DNA of 37,021 nt. Origin: a virus. Lineage: Duplodnaviria > Caudoviricetes. Below, piece by piece: positions 30,143 to 37,021 of this stretch. The number at the start of each line of letters is the position of its first letter. Positions within the stretch are counted from its first letter, which is position 1. The stretch covers positions 1 through 37,021 of IMG/VR virus record IMGVR_UViG_3300017963_000497; one strand, written 5' to 3'. The position numbers and the translations under genes are program-made. The notes beneath the pieces were generated by a model. The model saw only the letters and a program-made list of their open reading frames with translations, did not search any database and had not been told where the DNA came from.

Positions 30143-30830
30143 TTGGCTCTACTTTAAAATCAGCATCCATTTTATCATCAGACCAGGCTCGCGACTCAAT
30201 GCCTAATTCTTGTTTCAAAATTAATTCTTTTAATACAGGAACTAAATTAGCAGGTACAGGGTATGGATCATCTAATCCCGCAGAAACTGCTGAAGTACTG
30301 GAATTTATAAAGTTACTTACTTCTGTTGGAATTTCAAATACTCCTCTAATTGTTAAATATTTGGGTAAATTACTATTACCAACTAAATACAAATATCCAC
30401 CACGTAGAAATACAAGAGCATCATTTGCAGTGTATTTTTTATACTTTTGCCAGGTTCTACGAGTTTCAGATGTAAATAAAATTTCTTTACCATCAGTAGT
30501 GCCAATGTAAGTAAGCCCCGGTTTATGATTAAGATCTATAGTCTTGGGTATCTGTAAATCAGATTTCATTATTGACTCACCAAAAGAAAGACTTAAAAGA
30601 TCAACAGCTTCATCAACAGGACTCAATTTTAACCCTGATATTTCCTGTATATAATCTGGATTGGGCATTTTACCCTTATCCAAATCACGCTTAAGTAAAA
30701 ATGCACGATATTGGTGAACCCATCCCTCTAATTGACGCTTCGATATAGGCTCAGATTGAGATATCTGTGCACCACGAACAATATTGAGTAAATCCGTAAC
30801 AATTGCATTAAGTGAAATAAATTCAACCAT
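30096..30830 (-). CDS. Tail ring / adaptor protein
   Basis: SLNAIVTDLL...ISKRQL..WV.QYRA.L...YLYL...IRGVFE.P.EV...DDPYPVP; synteny. Overlaps the next gene by 47 nt. Confidence 0.65.
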   Translation of the reverse strand: MVEFISLNAIVTDLLNIVRGAQISQSEPISKRQLEGWVHQYRAFLLKRDLDKGKMPNPDYIQEISGLKLSPVDEAVDLLSLSFGESIMKSDLQIPKTIDLNHKPGLTYIGTTDGKEILFTSETRRTWQKYKKYTANDALVFLRGGYLYLVGNSNLPKYLTIRGVFEIPTEVSNFINSSTSAVSAGLDDPYPVPANLVPVLKELILKQELGIESRAWSDDKMDADFKVEPNVERTTQTKEQKQSS

Positions 30831-30836
30831 TGGTTT

Positions 30837-32141
30837 TTAATTATAAACATAAATACCTATGTGAGGACGTTTCGAAAACAATAAATTCCAAATTGACCCC
30901 GAAATAGGATCAATCAATTTACCACGAGTAGAAAGTTCCAGATCTAATAATCCAACACAACAACCTATACCTGTTATTGAGGAAATAGTAGATAAACTTA
31001 AATCAGAACTACCTAAAATACTGCCAATTCCTTTTAGAATAGAAACTGTTTCAAAATCAAGATCAGAACTGCCTTGGATTCTACCACGACCCTTTAATAC
31101 CGCAACATTGTCTAAAATTAGATCAATTGCGCTCTGAATTCGTCCTCGACCTTTAAGTACACCAGATGTTGAAAGATCTAAACTAGTTATTCCAGAAATA
31201 TAATCATTAATGGCATTTATTAGATTTCCACTTAAAGAAAAATCTAAATCCGAACTAGTATGTATGTTACCTCGACCCTTAAGTATAGAAGAAGTAGCAA
31301 GATCTAAATCCGATAAGCCAGATAAAACACCATAGGCTAAAATGTCTCCGACTGTATCTAAAGATATTTCTGTTAAACTATGAAGAGTTCCAATGCCCTT
31401 CAATATAGAAGAAGTACTTAAAGACAGATCAGAAGAACTATGAAGAGTACCAATTCCTTTTAGAATAGAAACCGTTTCTAAAGTTAAATCTGAAGATGAA
31501 TGTAGTGTACCTCTACCTTTAAGTACAGAAGAAGTAGCCAATTCAAAATCACTGGATCCTGAAACATATTGAGTTCCACCAAGATCACCGCATTCAAAAT
31601 TATCAACTTGTGAAAGAGGACCATTATCCCAACCAGCTATACCAGCTTTTCCACTTGATAAGTCTGAATCAGTAAGATAACCAGAAGGAGGATTTAAAAT
31701 ATCAGTCCAAAGTTCATCGTTTATATAAGCTGAAAGAGTTGTACCATCTACTTGAATTTTAACTACATCCCCTACTTCAAGACTATGTTCAATAAATTCA
31801 AATTCTGTCCACTCACCATCAACATTTTTCCAAGAATAAGCATGTCCATCATCCCAATAAATACCATAACTATTTAAATCACCTGCCCCTGTTCCTGACA
31901 CCCTAACAGCAGGACCAATAAGTTCACTAAAGTCCATACTTTTAATCTCAACTTCAGCATATTGATCGTTATCAAGCGATTGATCAAAAGCACAGTGATT
32001 CTCCTGAGTATTGACATATGGGTGAACATATTTATCAGTAGTCCCAGCTACTCGAATCTCTGCAACAAGTTCAGTCCAATTGGCATCATCACCAAGCGAT
32101 CCATTGGCTATATCATTAAAATTTTCAGTATAAACTGCCAT
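30837..32141 (-). CDS. Fibre/decoration protein: N-terminal lectin-like beta-sandwich plus 20-aa repeats
   Basis: YTENF...VKIQVDGTTLSAYIND...SGKAGI...VDNFECG resembles a ConA-like domain; then ~11 repeats of SSDLxLxTxSILKGxGxL. Confidence 0.6.
   Translation of the reverse strand: MAVYTENFNDIANGSLGDDANWTELVAEIRVAGTTDKYVHPYVNTQENHCAFDQSLDNDQYAEVEIKSMDFSELIGPAVRVSGTGAGDLNSYGIYWDDGHAYSWKNVDGEWTEFEFIEHSLEVGDVVKIQVDGTTLSAYINDELWTDILNPPSGYLTDSDLSSGKAGIAGWDNGPLSQVDNFECGDLGGTQYVSGSSDFELATSSVLKGRGTLHSSSDLTLETVSILKGIGTLHSSSDLSLSTSSILKGIGTLHSLTEISLDTVGDILAYGVLSGLSDLDLATSSILKGRGNIHTSSDLDFSLSGNLINAINDYISGITSLDLSTSGVLKGRGRIQSAIDLILDNVAVLKGRGRIQGSSDLDFETVSILKGIGSILGSSDLSLSTISSITGIGCCVGLLDLELSTRGKLIDPISGSIWNLLFSKRPHIGIYVYN
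30920..31570 (-). repeat. Degenerate 60-bp (20-aa) tandem coding repeats, ~11 units
   Basis: Units such as SSSDLTLETVSILKGIGTLH / SSSDLSLSTSSILKGIGTLH / GSSDLDFETVSILKGIGSIL; ccaattccttttagaatagaaac occurs near both 31024 and 31450. Confidence 0.85.
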
Positions 32142-32585
32142 TTAACTTGTTTTCTCTCTCTTAAGTAAATTCATAAAATAATAATACTTATTTCCTTCTA
32201 TAAGTTGCGCTTTTGCTCTCCATCCTGGCCTAAAAGGACATTGAACATACACCCTGTCTTCAGTTATTATTTTATAAGCAGTATGTGCATAAACAGCATT
32301 TTTAACTTCTTTCAAAGTTTTTAAAAAGTCTGGATCTTCCATGTTTGTTGAAAAAACTGGAGATCCAAACACTGAATCATCAATAACATATATATAAATA
32401 TCCTGTTCTTTACCTCCAGATAATGAAATATCTACATCTGCTTTTAAAAGAAATTCTCTAGTTTTATTCCGATCCTTCTCCCAAAATACCCAACTCGATT
32501 TATCATAAGTTTGATCAAGAGAACCATCATCAATTTTGTTTTTGACAATAGACATTTCAGATTTAGGAATGGTTATTGTCTTCAT
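32142..32585 (-). CDS. Hypothetical protein (147 aa)
   Basis: Tightly packed ORF in the operon; no motif recognised. Confidence 0.6.
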   Translation of the reverse strand: MKTITIPKSEMSIVKNKIDDGSLDQTYDKSSWVFWEKDRNKTREFLLKADVDISLSGGKEQDIYIYVIDDSVFGSPVFSTNMEDPDFLKTLKEVKNAVYAHTAYKIITEDRVYVQCPFRPGWRAKAQLIEGNKYYYFMNLLKREKTS

Positions 32586-32590
32586 TTGTA

Positions 32591-33034
32591 TTAATCAGCG
32601 TTTACATCTAATTCACCTGCTTGAAATTCAGGAATAACCCCTGCTGATATTGCTAAATTTGAAGTTAAATCACCCCAAAAAAGCTGATCATCCACATCTT
32701 CTACATCAGCTTCACATATTGCAAAAGCAACAGCTGTTTCAGATCCAGCAGTACATTCCCCAAATGTAATAGCACTTGCATTAGTAGCATTATTACCAGA
32801 CACTGTCCATACTGTATCATTTCTAGCTGCAGCAACTCTTGCATAACCAGTATACGAACATTCTGTCCCAGCAGTAGAATCTGTTGGAGCAACTGTGTAT
32901 AATGCAATATAAAAATTACCAGCAGTAGTAGATCCCCTGAGTCCAGTAGCATCTCCTATATTTGCTATATTCGCATTCGTAAAAATATGATCTAACAAAT
33001 CGGTTTCAAAACCGTTTCTCATACTTCCAGCCAT
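32591..33034 (-). CDS. Small phage structural/fibre-associated protein (widespread 'YxALyT..P...GtE...gYaR' family)
   Basis: FETDLLDHIF...FYIALYTVAPTDSTAGTECSYTGYARVA...ATNASAITF...GELDV pattern seen in many phage minor tail/fibre proteins. Confidence 0.65.
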   Translation of the reverse strand: MAGSMRNGFETDLLDHIFTNANIANIGDATGLRGSTTAGNFYIALYTVAPTDSTAGTECSYTGYARVAAARNDTVWTVSGNNATNASAITFGECTAGSETAVAFAICEADVEDVDDQLFWGDLTSNLAISAGVIPEFQAGELDVNAD

Positions 33035-33036
33035 AA

Positions 33037-33225
33037 TTATTTATTTTTAAGTTTTTGTTTCTTATTTAATTCTCTCTCCCTATGATAAACATTCCACTTT
33101 ATCAATAGATTTTCTGCTTTTGTATATCTTTCTTTTTCCTTCAAACATCGTTTCCTTTCTCTTAAAAATAAAACTAAAAAAGAGATACACAAAAGACTTA
33201 TTATTCCAGATATTATATATACCAT
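33037..33225 (-). CDS. Small membrane protein (N-terminal TM, basic tail), lysis-associated candidate
   Basis: IISGIISLLCISFLVLFL followed by RERKR; directly after the endolysin. Confidence 0.5.
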   Translation of the reverse strand: MVYIISGIISLLCISFLVLFLRERKRCLKEKERYTKAENLLIKWNVYHRERELNKKQKLKNK

Positions 33226-33236
33226 TATTCTTTAAT

Positions 33237-33683
33237 TTAGCTTTTAAATCTTAACACTCTATAAGATAGTAAACGGCTAAGAGGATACCTTGATATTTGA
33301 ACTTTATTTCCTTGATTCCCCCCTAATATCCAAACATAATTACCCAAAGTCTTAATAAAGAAACCAACGTGTCCCTTCCAACTATCAGGATCTTCACGCC
33401 ATAGTACAACTATATCGCCTACTTCTGGCTTATCAGTATCTTCACCAACATCAAGCCAACTCCGAGCATTTAACTTCCCAGTATACTCATGACCAGTCAC
33501 CTTTGCTATAAAATTAACAAAAGCACTACACCATGCTGTTTCATCAGTTTTAACCCAAGTCTGTCCTATTTCTTTGAAATATTCTAATATTCTAGGAGAG
33601 TTATCTTCTATACCTGGTTTTTCAGTTATTCCAAATTCAGCCAAAGCTGTCTTAATAATATTATATTTATTATTAACTTCCAA
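33237..33683 (-). CDS. Endolysin candidate, TIGR02594-type NlpC/P60/CHAP-like cysteine peptidase
   Basis: DETAWCSAFVN, ARSWL, P.VGDIVVLWR, KGHVGFF, LGGNQGNKV. Start placed at TTG 33683 because the longer ORF (33884) overlaps the upstream gene by >200 nt. Confidence 0.8.
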   Translation of the reverse strand: MEVNNKYNIIKTALAEFGITEKPGIEDNSPRILEYFKEIGQTWVKTDETAWCSAFVNFIAKVTGHEYTGKLNARSWLDVGEDTDKPEVGDIVVLWREDPDSWKGHVGFFIKTLGNYVWILGGNQGNKVQISRYPLSRLLSYRVLRFKS

Positions 33684-34035
33684 CCCCGACTCTGAAGATG
33701 AGCTTGAAGAACTCAAAGAGTCCGATAGATTGCGTAATTGCGGAGAGGATAATCGTGACAAGAATAGCAGTCGAAGCAATCCACCACTTTGCCTTCCAGA
33801 TTCGTTGGCCCCTCTTCGCAAGTTCTTCAAGCTCTCTAACCCTCTCACGATTATCTGCAACATAACCATTAGTTTCCCTAGCATGATTCTTTATTTCCTC
33901 TGTATCTTTTTTTAACTCCTCTAATTTGAGAGTTACTAATTCTCTATGAAGATCTATCTTTGTAGTTATTGTATCAAGATTAGCTTCCAACAACTCTTTA
34001 ATTTTTTCATATGTTGACATTCTAGTAGTTGTCAT
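33673..34035 (-). CDS. Holin-like protein (coiled coil plus C-terminal TM)
   Basis: Heptad-rich N-terminus with TNGYV..NRERVRELE, then WWIASTAILVTIILSAI; immediately upstream of the endolysin. Confidence 0.5.
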   Translation of the reverse strand: MTTTRMSTYEKIKELLEANLDTITTKIDLHRELVTLKLEELKKDTEEIKNHARETNGYVADNRERVRELEELAKRGQRIWKAKWWIASTAILVTIILSAITQSIGLFEFFKLIFRVGVGS

Positions 34036-34039
34036 TTTA

Positions 34040-34333
34040 TTAATCGTTAACTCGTCGTCTGGCTATTCGTTCAACTCTACGTATAGCTCTCTTTTCCTTT
34101 CTACTTAATTTTTTTACCTCATCATCGCTCATGTCAAAAACATCACTTATGTCGATGACATCTGATAAATTATGATTTTTACCTTTTATTTTAAACTTAG
34201 TTCTACCAAATTCAATGTTAATGTCCTCTTCAGGGGGTGCAATCCATTTAACACATATAATTATCCCACCTATACTTCCCAATAAGAAGATAGCACCCCA
34301 CTGCCAGAGCACACTAACGGCTAAAATAACCAT
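34040..34333 (-). CDS. Small membrane protein
   Basis: Hydrophobic first 30 aa, basic C-terminus. Confidence 0.55.
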   Translation of the reverse strand: MVILAVSVLWQWGAIFLLGSIGGIIICVKWIAPPEEDINIEFGRTKFKIKGKNHNLSDVIDISDVFDMSDDEVKKLSRKEKRAIRRVERIARRRVND

Positions 34334-34338
34334 TTATC

Positions 34339-34602
34339 TTATTCCTCTATTTCTTTAGAGAATAATTCTTTCAAAGCATCACGAACTTCATTAATCTCAA
34401 CAATAAATTCTTCTACTTCAGTAGGAGTAATTTTACTGTCTTCAAGTATAGCTTTAGCTTTTAAAAGAACGTCTGAAACTTCTTTGGCTAATTGACCAGC
34501 TTCTCCAAGTTTACCTACAAACTTCCGGAACCAAGCTGCAGATCCAATAATAGCAAGAATAGCTGAACCAATGCCAATTAAAATTGTTATCCACATTTCC
34601 AT
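34339..34602 (-). CDS. Small membrane protein, holin-like candidate
   Basis: TM WITILIGIGSAILAIIGSAAWF followed by a helical region with D.KITP.E. Confidence 0.55.
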   Translation of the reverse strand: MEMWITILIGIGSAILAIIGSAAWFRKFVGKLGEAGQLAKEVSDVLLKAKAILEDSKITPTEVEEFIVEINEVRDALKELFSKEIEE

Positions 34603-34619
34603 AATACAAATTATTAATA

Positions 34620-35045
34620 TTAATAATTGAAATCAAATTGAGAAAAATAGCGAATGCTTAAACCGGCTGCAGACCACATCGCTAATATTTTTGACATAAA
34701 TAACACAGCCCATCGAGGAAACATAATCTTTTTATCCTTCCCTGTCTTAATTTTTTCTATTTTATCTAGTATCCAATTGAGTGCTTTATCATATAATTTA
34801 GTATTACCTAAATACAAAGGATCTTTACCTATTATTGAATTATACACAAAATCAAATATAGCATAACGATATAATATATATATTAAATACCATATGGGAG
34901 ATGCCTGTAAACTTATAATACCTACAAGCATTATAGCATGAGATAAACCTTCGAGTATGCCTGATAGTAATTTTTTACCCCTATCCCTCAAAGCCTCATA
35001 AATAGCTTCAAGTATTATAATTAATAATAGTACTATTAGTATCAT
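34620..35045 (-). CDS. Multi-pass membrane protein of unknown function
   Basis: 3-4 hydrophobic segments; RYAIFDFVYN...YLGNTKLYDK motif. Confidence 0.6.
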   Translation of the reverse strand: MILIVLLLIIILEAIYEALRDRGKKLLSGILEGLSHAIMLVGIISLQASPIWYLIYILYRYAIFDFVYNSIIGKDPLYLGNTKLYDKALNWILDKIEKIKTGKDKKIMFPRWAVLFMSKILAMWSAAGLSIRYFSQFDFNY

Positions 35046-35329
35046 CTATACATTGCCACTGAACCGGAAGTCAACTTAATAGAAGTTATCGTACCATCTA
35101 CTGATATAAATGTTCCTGCTGGTATAGCACTACCTGTTGGTATTGTACTATCTACCTTACAAGATTGTGTAATACTATTAATAGTGACATCAGCTAATAC
35201 GGTTATTGCCTTCCAATTACCTGAATGTGTGTCCGTATCACCATCGAGATAAATATCACAACCTTTTGAACCAACAGACACAGAAAGTTTTTCGCCTATA
35301 TCTTCTGGCCTAAAACCTAATCTACTCAT
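35042..35329 (-). CDS. Small beta-rich putative structural protein (95 aa)
   Basis: AITVLAD...IPAGT.I..G.ITSIKLTSGSV..Y pattern common in small phage virion proteins. Confidence 0.5.
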   Translation of the reverse strand: MSRLGFRPEDIGEKLSVSVGSKGCDIYLDGDTDTHSGNWKAITVLADVTINSITQSCKVDSTIPTGSAIPAGTFISVDGTITSIKLTSGSVAMYR

Positions 35330-35353
35330 TTTATTATTTATTATTTAAAATTG

Positions 35354-37021
35354 TTACTCATCTAATTTGGTGGCAAGTCCGGGTATACCTGTGTTTGCCG
35401 GACTATATTCTGAACCATCATCATAAGAATGACCAGAAAAATACATCCTGATAGAATCATTTATCAAATGTGGAGTAAGCCAATAACCATCATTTTCACG
35501 TAAAATATCATGGGCATATACGCGCAATTCATCCCATGTATTTGCCCCACTGCCTTCAAGGATTGGTGTACGCTGGAGATTTGATAAATTAAATCCAATT
35601 GGTGTTGTTGAACGTGCAACATAAATTGCCCTTTGGCCGGTTAATTCGGTTAATCCACCTATAGTTAAAGTCATATAATAATAGCCATCATCATAATAAA
35701 CACGGGGATAATAAATAACCTGCCCCTCCAATTTTGTCTCATGGTTATTTAATAACCAATCGGTATCTGCACCGTTATACAATATTTGATCAAAGGTGAT
35801 GTTAAAAGTATCAGTTACGGGGCTTGTGCCATGCCAAATAAAATACGTCCCCCAACTATCGCCAAAAGTTGCCGAACCGTACCAATGATATGTATTTCCT
35901 ATTCTTATTAATTCTGGACCGCCCGCGATAAAATTTACGTCGGCAATATTCAAATCTGTTCCTATGTCATTGGCATCTGGATTGATAACCCACCCATGCT
36001 GACCATAATTTTCATTCACTGAATCGCTTGTTGCGTAAGCAATCCCCTGGCTGCCAGTGTTGAGGGTATTGCCGTAAATAATATAATATGTATCATCAAT
36101 CAAACGCCATGTATTCCCTTGGAATCTTGTAGTCGTTCCCATTCCTGGGGGCGCTTCTGCCACTTCAAGAAAAAACCCATTAGGGAGTGGGCTTTTCACC
36201 CAACCATTTATCCCGTCTCCAGAACACATTCCTGCGATCACAGTATTTGCAACTTTGCCTATATGATATATCGAATCGCCAGCCGCACCTTCATATAGCA
36301 TTACCCCGGCGGGATATTGTTCATTCGCCAAATATAATTCTTCGGACAATGGATCGCCACCATTTTGCTTATCCCACGCACCCATAAAGTCGCCAGATAG
36401 CGGATCTTCAACAGATAATGGTAAATCATTAAAAATAGGATAATCATTTGCCGTTCCAAAATTCCAAATATAACCTGACCAGCCCATATAGGCTGAAGTA
36501 TCATCTATAACTTGTCCATAGCTTGTCGTACCTTTCATACTTGTGGTTGTTCTGGCTATTGGTTTCTCTACTCCTGTTACATCACCAATTTGGGCAACAA
36601 TTGTATCGTAATAGCAATTAATCCAAGTCACAGATGTATTGTCGCCCCCCATTGCACCTACGCTTGTGCTTCCGTTAACATCCATGGAAGCATATGAGTT
36701 TTTTACAAAATCATAACCACCTGACGTATTTTGATATCTTATTCTACCAAAAAGCCCGCCCACATAAGCGTCGCCTGTAACCGTACCTTGGGCATATAGA
36801 TTATTCGCAATCAAAAGATAATTACCATTTAAATAGCCTATTATGCCACCAACATATTGATCGCCTGTAACATTGCCCACAAAGGATACTCTATCCATGA
36901 ATAATTGATTGGTTCGTGATTGGCCCATCACGCCACCAACAACACCACCATCAGCGTCAATAGTACCTGTCACTCGTACATTTTCAACAGTATCACCACG
37001 CATAACCCCAATAAGTGCTCC
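35354..37021 (-). CDS. Partial tail spike/fibre: GLUG-motif region plus C-terminal beta-propeller glycoside-hydrolase-like domain
   Basis: Frame stays open to the window edge (GALIGVM...). VTG..YVGG(I/L)(I/F)G repeats, then blade-like motifs GIAYATSDS, GPELIRIGNTYHWY, PRVYYDDGYYYM, IYVARST, PILEGSG.NTWD, MYFSG. Confidence 0.7.
   Translation of the reverse strand, partial: GALIGVMRGDTVENVRVTGTIDADGGVVGGVMGQSRTNQLFMDRVSFVGNVTGDQYVGGIIGYLNGNYLLIANNLYAQGTVTGDAYVGGLFGRIRYQNTSGGYDFVKNSYASMDVNGSTSVGAMGGDNTSVTWINCYYDTIVAQIGDVTGVEKPIARTTTSMKGTTSYGQVIDDTSAYMGWSGYIWNFGTANDYPIFNDLPLSVEDPLSGDFMGAWDKQNGGDPLSEELYLANEQYPAGVMLYEGAAGDSIYHIGKVANTVIAGMCSGDGINGWVKSPLPNGFFLEVAEAPPGMGTTTRFQGNTWRLIDDTYYIIYGNTLNTGSQGIAYATSDSVNENYGQHGWVINPDANDIGTDLNIADVNFIAGGPELIRIGNTYHWYGSATFGDSWGTYFIWHGTSPVTDTFNITFDQILYNGADTDWLLNNHETKLEGQVIYYPRVYYDDGYYYMTLTIGGLTELTGQRAIYVARSTTPIGFNLSNLQRTPILEGSGANTWDELRVYAHDILRENDGYWLTPHLINDSIRMYFSGHSYDDGSEYSPANTGIPGLATKLDE

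Noticed and set aside
2457-36697. Numerous short + strand ORFs (60-170 aa) opposite the minus-strand genes, and nested minus-strand ORFs
   Set aside because: Antisense or off-frame shadows of long genes; Ser/Leu/Phe-rich, mostly TTG starts, no motifs.

Overview
AT-rich fragment of a crAss-like (Crassvirales-type) podophage genome, probably infecting Bacteroidota (no Shine-Dalgarno motifs, A/T-rich leaders, standard code 11). The left 1.6 kb (+ strand) is the end of a replication/nuclease module (partial endonuclease I/resolvase-like gene, PD-(D/E)XK exonuclease, hypothetical). It converges at two terminators with a ~35 kb minus-strand virion module. In transcription order that module encodes: a partial GLUG/beta-propeller tail protein, a membrane-protein/endolysin lysis cluster, fibre/decoration proteins, ring protein - IHF-like - ring protein - muzzle, an unannotated 58-aa highly basic peptide, three cargo proteins, a 5677-aa virion RNA polymerase polyprotein and a membrane-anchored C13/caspase-like protease. 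The most notable items are the RNAP giant (DFDID active site, two HExxH zincins, tandem ASCH + NADAR domains, an internal perfect 37-bp duplication) and the clan CD protease directly behind it. All family calls come from motif recognition by eye; no database searches were run.
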